In this document: positions 10,189-19,986 of the stretch, one piece after another
Numbering within the stretch: the first letter of the stretch is position 1
Layout of the letters: each line of letters begins with the position of its first letter
From: Dehalococcoidia bacterium
GTDB taxonomy: Bacteria; Chloroflexota; Dehalococcoidia; SHYB01
Direction: 5' to 3'
DNA: 64,000 nt
NCBI GenBank assembly: GCA_965219875.1
Contig: CBDCOW010000001.1
Location: 604,062-668,061, forward strand
The notes under the pieces: generated by a model
The model's database searches: none
The model's input: the letters and a program-made list of their open reading frames with translations, nothing else
Told to the model about the DNA's origin: nothing
Made by a program: the position numbers and the translations under genes

Positions 10189-10737
10189 ATGCCCGGATCC
10201 ACGGACAACGGCGACAGCCTCGCGGCGCGGGTAGACCGCCTCGACGCCTACCGGCAGATCAGGCAGTTGCCCCACCGCTACGGCCTGGCCCTCGACACCC
10301 GCAACATCGACGACCTCGTGGCGCTCTTCATCGAGGATGTCCAGGTGGGCCGCGACAAGTGGGGCCGTGCCGCGCTGCGGGACTGGTTCGTCCGCTCGTC
10401 CAGCAAGTTCCAGGCGAGCATCCACTTCGTCGGCAACCACGTCATCGACCTCGACGACGAAGACCACGCCCACGGCGTCGTCTACTGCCGGGACGAGATC
10501 GACCGCCCCGGCGAGTGGATGGTCGGCATGATCCAGTACTGGGACACCTACGAGCGCCGCGACGGTGTGTGGTTCTTCAAGCGCCGCAGGCTCATGCGCT
10601 GGTACGGCGTCGACGCTCTCACCCGCCCCAGCGCCGGCGCCGGCATCGCCCGCGGCAGCGCGCCCGTGGGCCGCCTCCCCGAATCATGGCCAAGCTGGCA
10701 GCGCTACTGGGACGAAGTCGCCGCCCTCGGCGAGTGA
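10189..10737 (+). CDS. SnoaL/NTF2-like protein
   Basis: IRQLPHRYGLALD, HFVGNHVID, YWDTYERRDGVW. Confidence 0.85.
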   Translation: MPGSTDNGDSLAARVDRLDAYRQIRQLPHRYGLALDTRNIDDLVALFIEDVQVGRDKWGRAALRDWFVRSSSKFQASIHFVGNHVIDLDDEDHAHGVVYCRDEIDRPGEWMVGMIQYWDTYERRDGVWFFKRRRLMRWYGVDALTRPSAGAGIARGSAPVGRLPESWPSWQRYWDEVAALGE

Positions 10738-10775
10738 CGGCAAGCCCGCCTCGGCCCGCCGCCGACCTGCGTTCG

Positions 10776-10805
10776 TTGACAGCGCCCAAAAGCCGTGCCT
10801 AGAAT
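10776..10805 (+). promoter_or_regulatory. Sigma70 promoter of tRNA-Gly
   Basis: TTGACA-N18-TAGAAT, 10 nt before the tRNA. Confidence 0.7.
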
Positions 10806-10815
10806 CGACTCTCCT

Positions 10816-10890
10816 GCGGGCGTAACTCAGTGGTAGAGTGTTTGCTTCCCAAGCAAAAGGTCGTGGGTTCGAATCCCATCGCCCGCTCCA
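10816..10890 (+). tRNA. tRNA-Gly(CCC)
   Basis: GCGGGCG/CGCCCGC acceptor, TTTGC-TTCCCAA-GCAAA, CCA. Confidence 0.95.
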
Positions 10891-10944
10891 CCCCCACAGA
10901 CTGCTATCGCCCTCTCCTTCGTCGAGGCAGGAATCTGTGGATTC

Positions 10945-11496
10945 CTAGCTCGGGCTGGCAATAGCGTCGGCAGCTTGCTCTATTCGGCCACCTTCCTTTA
11001 TCCCTGCGAGGGCAGCTTCCCTGCTGATGTGCGGTTTGAGCTCCGTGATCCAGTTCGCTAACCGATCGTCATCCATGTCGACGTATTCCCGTCTCAGGAA
11101 GAAGGCCGTCGCGATCCGCTCCAGATCAGCGACGTTAAGCGTGGCGATTCGTTGGGCGACGAAGCTGACCTGCTCCTTGTATCTGCTTCGCATCCGAGAA
11201 AACCTAGCCGCCACACTCTGGGCAAGCAGCCCCGGTTTGAAGCGAGGGCCATACGGGGGGTTCGGCTCAAGCCCGACCAAAGTGCTCGCCCGCATGGCCG
11301 TAAGCTCATCATGGAGATCGAACGAATACGGGCCGTGCTTGTAGATCACGTAGTCGTAATCGAGCGGGGGATCAAAGAGCGCTTGAAGAAAGAAGACGGA
11401 CTTCTGTACTTGGGTCTCGCCGCACCAACTTTTCGTAGCGTTCATGCGTTCGATCAGATAGGCCAACAGGGCTCGCTTCACGACATCGCTAGGCAC
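10945..11496 (-). CDS. YwgA/SocA-like winged-helix protein, partner of the HD hydrolase
   Basis: GETQVQKSVFFLQ...YKHGPYSFDL; GTG start with GAGGAG RBS overlapping the end of the HD gene. Confidence 0.7.
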   Translation of the reverse strand: MPSDVVKRALLAYLIERMNATKSWCGETQVQKSVFFLQALFDPPLDYDYVIYKHGPYSFDLHDELTAMRASTLVGLEPNPPYGPRFKPGLLAQSVAARFSRMRSRYKEQVSFVAQRIATLNVADLERIATAFFLRREYVDMDDDRLANWITELKPHISREAALAGIKEGGRIEQAADAIASPS

Positions 11497-12805
11497 CGGA
11501 CTCCTCCTCTGCTTTGCCCGCCGCTTCCAAGACCGCAGCCTTATTTTCTGCAATCCAAGCCCGCGACGCTTCCCTAATGGCCGGATCGACTAGGACGTAA
11601 TCGTATGTCGCTGGAGGAATCGTCCTCAAGGTTTGTGATAGCTCCTGCGCATCTACGACGCTCCCGTTGTCGTCGAGAACAGGGAAGCTGACAACGGCCC
11701 CGCCTTCCACGCGCTCTATCGCCTTGACCTTATCCGGCCCAAACTCTTGCTCGAGCGCACTCCCGACGACTCGACCAGGGTTCTGACAGTGAGTTAGGTC
11801 ACCTGGGCTCCGGGTGTACACGCGCCTGAAATGTTGCCGGTCGATAATCCTCCGTGCATAGGTATGCGCGGGATGCGCTGGGTCGTTCGCTGCTTCCAGC
11901 ATACCGACCGTGACTTCCGCGTCAGTATAATGCATGAATTTTTCGACATCTAACGGAATCACGCCTCCTGGAAGCCATTTCCGAAGAAAATCAATCAAGT
12001 GCTGGTCATAGGCCAGTCTCACCCGGTGATAGTACACCTACGTATACATGAAGTACCTGGCCAACAGCAGGGCTTCCGCCGAATGCAAACCTCCAGCGTC
12101 CACCCCAAGCGCCGGCGCGCCGGATTCTGGCTGAAGGAGGATGCGCAGCGTGTCGATGAGCCGATGATGATCGAACCGACCATATGCGACGCCTACGTGA
12201 TGGGAGTCTCTAAGGAGGTAGTCGATTCGATCTACGCCGAACGCGTCGTTCACAATCAATTCGGACAATAGCGCCTCCCAGTCCGAGAGGGTCTGTCCAC
12301 TCCTCTTGCGCCCAACTGCCAGTTTTGCGATGTGCTCTGGGAGCAAAGGAGGAATGGTCTCACGCCAGAGCCTCATCAGTTCCGGCGAGTTGATGAGTTG
12401 CACCGTCATGTCCTCATGGGTCTCGCCTTCAGGCAACAACTCCTTCTCTGCCGCATGGGAGAATGGCAGGTGTCCCAGATCGTGGCAAAGAGCCGCCATC
12501 CTGAGGACTCTGCGCCAATAGGCCCGCTTGTCAGGCTGAGCTAGCTCAGGGAGGCGTTCTCTGACTGCTGGCTGCAGGTTCTGCTCATGGGTGATGACGT
12601 CAAACGCACGCCCCGCTAGCTCCATTGCCCCTAGTGCATGCTCGAAGCGCCGATGCGTGGCGCCGGGGTAGACGAGATACGTAAGCGCTAGTTGATGGAG
12701 ATGCCGCAACCGCTGAACGGGCCGGGAGTCCAAGACCGCTCGTTCGTCCGAATCGAGCCGGATGAACACATGGATGGGATCCCTGATTTCGTGAAAAGCC
12801 TTCAA
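11489..12805 (-). pseudogene. HD-domain phosphohydrolase (YwfO/SAMHD1-like) split by an in-frame TAG at 12038-12040
   Basis: DPIH, QRLR..QL, HRRFEHALG, HDLGHLPFSH, DRIDYLLRD; ARYFMYT*VYYH continues in the same frame. Confidence 0.85.
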
Positions 12806-12900
12806 TGGTTCGCCCGAAGCAAGTTGCCCTCCGGTTCAGGGGCATAAGTCTTCGTCATGGCCGGGTGGTCCCGCAAGGCCCACATGGCGCGAACCCGCTC

Positions 12901-14049
12901 CTACACCGCCGCCGGCTTCTTCTCCCGCTTCGCCAGCTCCGGGATGACGTACTTGCCCAGCAGCTCGATGCTCTTGAGGATGTCCGGGTGCTTGAGACCG
13001 CCGAACTGCATCAGGCAGATCAGGTTGTCCACGTCGATCTCCTCGTAGCTTTCGAGCTTGCGCAGGATCGTGTCGGGGTCGCCGACGACGATCATGTTCT
13101 GCCGGTCGTACTCGCCGACGTCGAACTCGCCCCGCGCCTGCTTCTCCATATCGGCCAGGCGCTCTTGGACGCCGCCGATGGCCGTCACCGTCCCCGACGC
13201 CTCAGCCTGGGCCTTCATGAGCGGCCCCTCCCACTTCAGGGTCACCTCGGCCAGGTGCTGGTACCACCAGTGGCAGGCGTCCATGCCCCCGTTCTCTATC
13301 GCCTTGGCGTTGGTCTCGGCGCAATGGACCAGCGTGTAAGCGGCGAGACGGTTGTTGACGAACTTGCCGATGGGCTTCGCCCGCTTCAGAGCGTCCCGGT
13401 AGGTCGCGATGCGCTGGCCCAGCTTTTCAAGCGGGACGAGGATCGAGAGGCTCAGCACACCCAGCCCGCTCTCCCCTGCCTTTGGATAGCTGTCGTCGCT
13501 CGACGCCGCCACCCACAGCGCGGGATGGGGCTCCTGCACCGGCTTGGGGAGCACGGCGCGCTCGCGGACCCGCCAGTACTTGCCCTCGTGCGAGAAAGTA
13601 TCCTGCGTCCAGATCTCGGGGAGCATCCGGATCGCCTCTTCCCACATCTCGCGGGACTCCTCGAAGGGCACGTCGAAGCCGTCCTGCTCGTACGGCGTCG
13701 AGCGCCCCGTGGCCAGCTCGACGCGGCCGTTCGACAGGATGTCGAGGACGGCGGCGCGCTCGGCGACCCGCACCGGGTGGTTGAACGGCTTGGGCAGCAG
13801 GACGACGCCGTGCCCCATGCGGATGTTCTTCGTCCGCATCGCCGCCGCGCCCAGGAAGACCTCCGGCCCCGAGCAGTGCGAGCGTTCCACTCGGAAGTGG
13901 TGCTCCACCATCCACACGATGTTGAAGCCCGCCTCGTCGGCCCGTTCGATCTGCTCCAGGGCCTCCCAATAGGCCTGCTGTTCGGCCTTCCGCTGGCCCT
14001 CCGGCCAGGGCTTCTCCACCTCGATCTCATACAGCAGGTCGAGTTTCAT
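12901..14049 (-). CDS. Luciferase-like (LLM) flavin-dependent oxidoreductase
   Basis: WMVEHHF, HPVRVAERAAVLDILSNGRVE, PKPVQEPHP. Confidence 0.92.
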   Translation of the reverse strand: MKLDLLYEIEVEKPWPEGQRKAEQQAYWEALEQIERADEAGFNIVWMVEHHFRVERSHCSGPEVFLGAAAMRTKNIRMGHGVVLLPKPFNHPVRVAERAAVLDILSNGRVELATGRSTPYEQDGFDVPFEESREMWEEAIRMLPEIWTQDTFSHEGKYWRVRERAVLPKPVQEPHPALWVAASSDDSYPKAGESGLGVLSLSILVPLEKLGQRIATYRDALKRAKPIGKFVNNRLAAYTLVHCAETNAKAIENGGMDACHWWYQHLAEVTLKWEGPLMKAQAEASGTVTAIGGVQERLADMEKQARGEFDVGEYDRQNMIVVGDPDTILRKLESYEEIDVDNLICLMQFGGLKHPDILKSIELLGKYVIPELAKREKKPAAV

Positions 14050-14074
14050 CCGCTGCTCTCCTTCTCTATCGTCG

Positions 14075-14563
14075 TTACTCGTCGGCGAACGCCTTGATGA
14101 CCTTGCCGCCCCACTCGTCGCCGCCGACGGCGCGCCGGAGCCGGAGCGCCAGGCGCCACCGGCCTTCCTTCCGTTCGAACTTGAAGTGATTGTAGCCGCA
14201 CGTCCAGGGGTAGTACCCTTCGTCGCCGCGCACGAAGACGATGGAATAGGCCTCGGCCCACGCCGTGTCGCCCTCGACGCGGATGAAGTGGTTCACCACG
14301 GTGTGCTGGGAGCGGTTCTCGATGGTCTTGTGCCCCTTGGGGTTGGTGATGATGTCGTAGAGCAGCCCGTCGGAGCCCACCGCTTTGTCGTCCGGCCCGA
14401 GGTCGTAGACCCCGTCCTCCGTCCACACGTCGACCCAGTCCTTCGACAGCCCCAAGTCGGCGGTGAAGCCGTAGCGGGCCAGGACCTCCCGGATCGCCTC
14501 CTTGTCCTCCAGCTCTTGGACCCGCCGCTCCAACGCCTCGATCCTGCTCGTTTCGTCGCTCAT
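14075..14563 (-). CDS. SnoaL/NTF2-like protein
   Basis: LEDKEAIREVLARYG..D, WTEDG. Confidence 0.85.
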   Translation of the reverse strand: MSDETSRIEALERRVQELEDKEAIREVLARYGFTADLGLSKDWVDVWTEDGVYDLGPDDKAVGSDGLLYDIITNPKGHKTIENRSQHTVVNHFIRVEGDTAWAEAYSIVFVRGDEGYYPWTCGYNHFKFERKEGRWRLALRLRRAVGGDEWGGKVIKAFADE

Positions 14564-14664
14564 CGCCCACCTCCCGTCCGCCGGCTCAGGCCGGCGCAGC
14601 GGCCCGAACCGTACCCCAATGCCGCACCATTGACCACCCGTCCCACCTCAAGCCTCTCCCTTCT

Positions 14665-14830
14665 GGAGACCTTTGCACAACCGCCCGCGGGCAAGCATGG
14701 GTGGGGCCGGGAGGTCTTGCCTCTTCTCCCCACGGGAGAAGATTGAGATGAGGGGCCCCCTCGCAACCGCCACGGGTTATCGAAGCCCGCCACCTTCGCG
14801 GTCAGTCACCCCGGTTACGCAAAGGTCTCC
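14665..14830. mobile_element. MITE with IS5-type terminal inverted repeats
   Basis: GGAGACCTTTGC ... GCAAAGGTCTCC, 166 bp; ends match the IS at 15395-16611. Confidence 0.8.
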
Positions 14831-14859
14831 TCCCGGGAAGACTGAGCGCGGGCAGCGCT

Positions 14860-15225
14860 CTACCGAGGAGTACGCGGATAGTCCACCACCTCCAGCGGCT
14901 GCAACGACTCCGGCTCGATCTCCTGAAACGAGTGCAGCGCGCCGACGGTCAGGAAATCGACGTGTCGGCCCTCGCCGAACGACGCGCGGGCGTGCGCCTT
15001 GATATCGGCGATCGACGCCTCGATGTCGTCGCTCTCGATCTCGTACAGCGCCAGGTACTGCGACGGCCCCACCCCCGGGTTGAGGTTGAAGAACCGCCGG
15101 GCGCTGACCACGCCCTTCGACTTCAGCAAGTCGGGCAGGTGCGTGTGCGTGTACCACCGGTTGAACTCCTCGTCCCGCTGCCGCTCGACGCAGTTGGTGT
15201 AGGCAAGAAAAATCCCCTTCGGCAT
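14860..15225 (-). CDS. EthD/DUF4286-like dimeric alpha-beta barrel protein
   Basis: EFNRWY..THLPDLL...ARRF...YLALYEIE. Confidence 0.75.
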   Translation of the reverse strand: MPKGIFLAYTNCVERQRDEEFNRWYTHTHLPDLLKSKGVVSARRFFNLNPGVGPSQYLALYEIESDDIEASIADIKAHARASFGEGRHVDFLTVGALHSFQEIEPESLQPLEVVDYPRTPR

Positions 15226-15394
15226 GGTCTCCTCCCGTCGGCTTGGCCCCGCCGCGGCCAGCCGTCCAAGATCTTAGTGCAACACCCGCCCAGCGGGCGA
15301 GTTCCCTCCGGCCTCTCCCCTGCTGGAGACCTTTGCGCAACCCGCCTGCGGGCAAGCATGGGTGGGGCCGAGAGGTCTTGCCTCTTCTCCCCAC

Positions 15395-16611
15395 GGAGAC
15401 CTTTGCGTAACCGGGATGTGGTTGTGGTGGTGACGCGGGGGCCTGTTCGAGGCCATGAGGGTGGTGTTGTTTGCGGACTCGGCGGCTTGAGGAGCCCCCT
15501 GCGAGGACCGATCGGGCCCTCAGCGGGCCCGATTTTGGCCCCGCCAGGCTGCTAGGGCGCACTCCGCCCTGGGACGGGTGCGTCGACAGCCAGGAGGCGC
15601 GCCGCCCGGCGCAGGTTGTAGGCCATGCACTTGAGCCACAGCTCCGTCGCGTTCCGCTCCAGTCCCATGTACCGCACCTGTCCATACCCGTAGCAGCGCT
15701 TCAGGGTTCCGAACACCTTCTCGACCGGCGCACGCACGCGGGAGATCAGCGCGTTCCGCCGCGTTTGCCAATGCGGCAGCTCCCGCTGGTGCTTGTGCGA
15801 CCGATGCATGATCCGGTCTTTGATCCCCCGCGACTTCAGCCGGGCGCGCCGTTCCTTCGACTCGTAGGCCTTGTCCGCGTAGACCGCCGCCTCGTCTCCC
15901 GACACCAAGGCGTCCGCCGCCTCGGTATCGTTCACGTTCGCGCTCGTCAGCACCGCCTTCCGTATCAGTCCCGACTCCCCGTCCACTCCCAGGTGCGCCT
16001 TGTAGCCAAAGTGGGCCGCGCCCCCTTTCCGCGTCCATCCCGCGTCGGGGTCGGTCGCGCTCCGCGCCCCAGGGCCTTCCTCCACCGACGGCCGCCGCGC
16101 CTGCGCCTTCACGATCGTCGCGTCGAGGAGCGTGCCCTTCTTCACCAGCAGCCGCTGCTCCTCAAACTGGCGGTTCACTTCGGTGAACAGCCGCTCGGTG
16201 AGCCCCCGTTCGGTCAACGCCTTCCGGAACCGACTGATCGTCGAGTGGTCCGGCGTCCCGTCCGTCCAGCCCAGGTTCACGAATCGGCGGAAAGAGATCC
16301 GGTCCCGTAACGCCTCCTCCATCGCCGGGTCCGACGCGGTGTACCACTGCTGCAGCAGCGCGATCTTCACCATCGTCAGCGGGGGGTAGCCCGGCCTGCC
16401 CTCCGGTGCCGCGTGCACCTCTCCTACCACCTTCCCGATCCGTTCCCAGTCCAGCATCGCGTCGATCCGTTCTAGCGTCTTGTTCGTCCCAAGCCCTTCC
16501 GGCACAAAGGCGTCCACGAATGTTGGCAGACCGGTCTGCTGGTGCATGCTTCCCTCCATCCGAGCGCTGCCCTCTACTCTGCCCCGCCCGTCCAGTTTTG
16601 CAAAGGTCTCC
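15395..16611 (-). mobile_element. IS5-family insertion sequence
   Basis: TIRs GGAGACCTTTGCGTAAC / GTTTTGCAAAGGTCTCC; flanks CAC/AAC. Confidence 0.92.
15552..16547 (-). CDS. IS5-family DDE transposase
   Basis: PDHSTISRFR, LDATIV, FGYKAHLGVD, YADKAY, RAPVEKVFG. Confidence 0.95.
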   Translation of the reverse strand: MHQQTGLPTFVDAFVPEGLGTNKTLERIDAMLDWERIGKVVGEVHAAPEGRPGYPPLTMVKIALLQQWYTASDPAMEEALRDRISFRRFVNLGWTDGTPDHSTISRFRKALTERGLTERLFTEVNRQFEEQRLLVKKGTLLDATIVKAQARRPSVEEGPGARSATDPDAGWTRKGGAAHFGYKAHLGVDGESGLIRKAVLTSANVNDTEAADALVSGDEAAVYADKAYESKERRARLKSRGIKDRIMHRSHKHQRELPHWQTRRNALISRVRAPVEKVFGTLKRCYGYGQVRYMGLERNATELWLKCMAYNLRRAARLLAVDAPVPGRSAP

Positions 16612-16971
16612 AACGGGAGAAGAGGCAAGACTTCCCGGCCCCACCATGCTTGAGCCCTCGGGCGGGTTGCGCAAAGGTCTCCAGTGGGAGAGGGCGTTGA
16701 GACCCCCGCCGCGACTGTCCCATCCGCGGTAGGCCTGATCGGCCTCGCGTGTTACGCCACCATGGCCGGCGGGTCGTCCGGCGGACGCGGGGACGGCCGT
16801 TGGGGCCGCCTGAGTAAAGAACATACGTTCGCTAAGGTAACGATAAACCCCCTTGACAAGCCCTGTCAAGTATCATTTCGCCCCGAAATCCGTTTTCGCG
16901 GGGAATCCGTCAAGTATGATGGAGAGAGAAAATCCGCCGCCTTCTCCGCGGCCTCTCGAAGGAGACCCCCA

Positions 16972-17157
16972 ATGCCCATCATCCGAGTCGAAATGTGGAG
17001 CGGCCGGACCAAAGACCAGAAAGCCGAGCTCGCCGAAGCCCTCACCGACGCCATGGTCCGCATCGGCAACACCTCCGCCGACCACACCATCGTCGTCTTC
17101 CAAAGCATTGACAAGGAGGACTGGGCGGAAGGCGGCAAGCTGGCTTCGGAGCTGTGA
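16972..17157 (+). CDS. 4-oxalocrotonate tautomerase family protein
   Basis: M-P1 IIRVEMWSGRTKDQK...WAEGG, 61 aa, GGAG RBS. Confidence 0.9.
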   Translation: MPIIRVEMWSGRTKDQKAELAEALTDAMVRIGNTSADHTIVVFQSIDKEDWAEGGKLASEL

Positions 17158-17294
17158 CTCGGCGCCTCCCCTCCCGGGGTCCGCCTTAAACCTCAACCCT
17201 CTCTGGGGGAGACTGAGAGAAGGCACGCGCCCCCAGGCGCACGGGCGCCCGCGGGGCGCCCCGTTTGCAGGTTCCGCGGAAGAAGGGCCGAGCC

Positions 17295-18947
17295 ATGGCC
17301 GAACACTACCGGGCGAGCTTCACGATCGAAGGGCCGGAGGCGCGTGGGCTGCCGCTGCTGGAGCAGGCGGCCCACGCGGTCCGCAGTTGGGCTTGGGAGC
17401 AGTTCGGCCAGCCTGAAGCGGATGCGTCGGTGGAGCAGTGGGAGGGCGACAACGGGACGCTGCGCATTGAGGCCGACCGGCTGGAGGAGGCGGGTTTCTT
17501 TGCGTTGTCCTGGGAGCAGCCTACCGCGTGGCTGCTTGAGTTCCGTCTCGCGACGCAGGGTGAAGCGGTCGAGGTGGAAGTCGAGGTCCAGGGGCCAAGC
17601 GAGGGCGCCGACGACCTCCATGCCGGACCGCCGCGAGCGCTGCTCGACGCCCTGCTTGACCGGTTCGAGTGCCGGAGCGACGGGCGGCGGCTCTCGACCC
17701 AGGCGGCGTGGGTGGAGCCGGAGGACGCAGCCGACTTTGTTCGCGATACGGTGTTCGGCCGTGAGCGACGAATGCCGTTGGTGGTCGTAACCGAAGACCG
17801 TTCCGGCCGGAGCGTAGTAAGCGCGGACCATTTGCAGACTCGTCTTCTCGGGCTGGCAAGGGTGGTCGGCTACGATGCCGAGACGGCTGAAGCGGTGAAC
17901 AAGGAGTTAGAGGCGCCAGTCCAGTCGGGGGCAGGCTATCCACTGGTGCGGGTGAACGAGCGCGTGCATGAGAAGATCGGCGACGACTACAGGCTCGCCT
18001 CGTGGACCAACTACTACAAATGGCTCAACGCTCAACTGGCGTGCTTCGCGGGAGCAGTGCGGGTCTATTTCCCCGGGTGCTCCGTAGGCGACGAGTCATG
18101 GAAGCACCGGTATTGGCCCATGGAGCGGGTCCGCACGGCGGGGCGCAAGTTCTGGGTCGAGTTACGGGATGCCTGCATGTCCTCGTTTCCGGCAGGGCCT
18201 CGAATCTACGACGAGGTCTTGCGGCGCATCCGCAGGCTGGAGCACGAACAACTCCTGGAGGAACGGCGCCAGAATTCGGAGACCGAAGAGCTTCTCAACG
18301 AATGGCGAGATGGGCTCGCCGAATATGAGGAACGCGAGGTCGAGCATCAGCAGGCTAAGGCGCGGCTACAGTCGGAAGTCAAGGAGAGGGACGCGCAGAT
18401 CCAACGGCTCATGGTGGATAACCATGAACTCAGCCGTCAGTTGCGCGACCCCGACTTCGGTTCCGCCGTGGAGGAGTCTGACCATGACTGGGTTGACCGC
18501 CCGGCGAGGCAGGAGACCCTGTTAGGCGCCGTGCGTGAGGCCAAGAAACTGAAAGGGTTGAAGTTTCTTCCCAGTGCGAGTGAGTCCGCTAAGGGATCAC
18601 TGTACCAGGGGCCGAGACGGTTGCAGAACGTACGACGGGTGTTTGGGAAGATGGCGGAGTGCGCCCAAACGCGGGCGCGAGGTCAGCTAGGGAAGACCGT
18701 AGCGGGCTGGTTCGCTGACGAGAAAATCGACTATGCGCCCTTCGAGAGCGAGGCGACGATGAACAAGTTTGGCTATCAACGACGGTTCTTCGACGCTGGC
18801 CGCTGGGTGGAAATGCAGGAGCACATCAAGTTGGGGAAGGGCGGCCCGGAAACATCCCTGCGGATTCACTTCTGCTGGAGCGACGATGACGAGGTGTTAC
18901 TGGTGGGGCACGTCGGGCGGCATCTGGACATAGTGTCGTCGGGCTGA
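17295..18947 (+). CDS. Hypothetical multidomain protein: coiled coil plus C-terminal putative RelE-like nuclease domain
   Basis: Long ORF; heptad-rich middle; ends EHIKLG..LRIHFCW..LVGHVGRHL. Confidence 0.65.
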   Translation: MAEHYRASFTIEGPEARGLPLLEQAAHAVRSWAWEQFGQPEADASVEQWEGDNGTLRIEADRLEEAGFFALSWEQPTAWLLEFRLATQGEAVEVEVEVQGPSEGADDLHAGPPRALLDALLDRFECRSDGRRLSTQAAWVEPEDAADFVRDTVFGRERRMPLVVVTEDRSGRSVVSADHLQTRLLGLARVVGYDAETAEAVNKELEAPVQSGAGYPLVRVNERVHEKIGDDYRLASWTNYYKWLNAQLACFAGAVRVYFPGCSVGDESWKHRYWPMERVRTAGRKFWVELRDACMSSFPAGPRIYDEVLRRIRRLEHEQLLEERRQNSETEELLNEWRDGLAEYEEREVEHQQAKARLQSEVKERDAQIQRLMVDNHELSRQLRDPDFGSAVEESDHDWVDRPARQETLLGAVREAKKLKGLKFLPSASESAKGSLYQGPRRLQNVRRVFGKMAECAQTRARGQLGKTVAGWFADEKIDYAPFESEATMNKFGYQRRFFDAGRWVEMQEHIKLGKGGPETSLRIHFCWSDDDEVLLVGHVGRHLDIVSSG

Positions 18948-19181
18948 ACCGCACAGGCTTGGCGGAGAGGGTCGCCCTCTAGCGCCGGCACGCCCGGCGG
19001 CGCGTGGGCTTCCGATGCCTTTCCGATTCAGCCCTGGCGCATGAGGGTCCCTGGCCCAAGGTCCGTTCCGTCGAGTATTGTTCCTGATGTCGCAATCAGG
19101 CTTGGGGCCGGAGGGACGGGCCGGCGCCGCAGCGTTGGCGCAACGCAATCCTTGTCCGAAGGAGCCGAAGGAGATTGTCCG

Positions 19182-19985
19182 ATGGGAAAGCTTGATGGAA
19201 AGGTAGCCATCGTCACCGGTGGCGGCGGATGGCTCGGTTGCGGGATCGTGTTGGCGCTGGCGAAAGAAGGGGCGAAGGTCGCGATAGCGGATATCGACGA
19301 GAAGGCCGCGGCGTCCGTTGCCGAACAGGTGCGGAAGCTCGGAGGGGATTCCCTCGCCGCGCCCTGCGACGTGGCCGACAACGATCAAGTGAAGAGGATG
19401 GTTGGCGAGGTCGCAGGGCAGCTTGGGCCCCCGCGCATCCTCGTGAACGCGGCACAGAGCTGGGACATGGCGACGCCAACCCACGAGGGGTGGTCGACCA
19501 TCGAGTCCGTGACCGAGCAACAGTGGGACGCCTTCTACCAGTCCGGGATGAAGTCGACCTTGTACTGCTGCCGGGCCGTGCTCCCATATATGAAGGACGG
19601 CGGCGGTAAGATCGTCAACTTCGGCTCGATCACCGGCCTCGAAGGGTGGGAAGGGACCGCCGACTATAACGTGACGAAGGAGGCGGTCCGAGGCTTCAGC
19701 CGAACGGCGGCCCGAGAGTGGGGCAAATATCAGATCAACGTGAACGTCATCTGCCCGTCGGCGCTGACGCCGTCGAAGATCGAAGCGGCTTTCGGCAGGG
19801 ACTCCCAACAGGCAAAGGGCAGGAGGAAGTTCATAGAGGACTGGACGGCGAAGCTTCCCTTGCGTCGAGTTGGGGACCCGGAGAGAGACATCGGCCGCGC
19901 CGTCGTTTTCCTCGCCAGCGAGGACTCCGATTTCATCACCGGCCAAACACTCAACGTGGATGGCGGCGCCCATATGCCGAGCTGA
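19182..19985 (+). CDS. SDR oxidoreductase
   Basis: TGGGGWLG, YNVTK, ITGQTLNVDGG. Confidence 0.92.
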   Translation: MGKLDGKVAIVTGGGGWLGCGIVLALAKEGAKVAIADIDEKAAASVAEQVRKLGGDSLAAPCDVADNDQVKRMVGEVAGQLGPPRILVNAAQSWDMATPTHEGWSTIESVTEQQWDAFYQSGMKSTLYCCRAVLPYMKDGGGKIVNFGSITGLEGWEGTADYNVTKEAVRGFSRTAAREWGKYQINVNVICPSALTPSKIEAAFGRDSQQAKGRRKFIEDWTAKLPLRRVGDPERDIGRAVVFLASEDSDFITGQTLNVDGGAHMPS

Positions 19986-19986
19986 G

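Larger units (their letters stand above)
15325..16682. mobile_element. Outer palindromic MITE hosting the IS5 element
   Basis: 15325-15394 and 16612-16682 are imperfect inverted copies, each ending in GGAGACCTTTGCGCAA. Confidence 0.75.

Noticed and set aside
12038-12040. In-frame TAG as pyrrolysine or genome-wide recoding
   Set aside because: The position is normally Gln (CAG>TAG), TAG ends many normal genes here, and no pyl genes are visible.
14665-16682. CRISPR array made of GGAGACCTTTGC repeats
   Set aside because: Copies are dispersed, in both orientations and match the IS ends; no regular spacers or cas genes.
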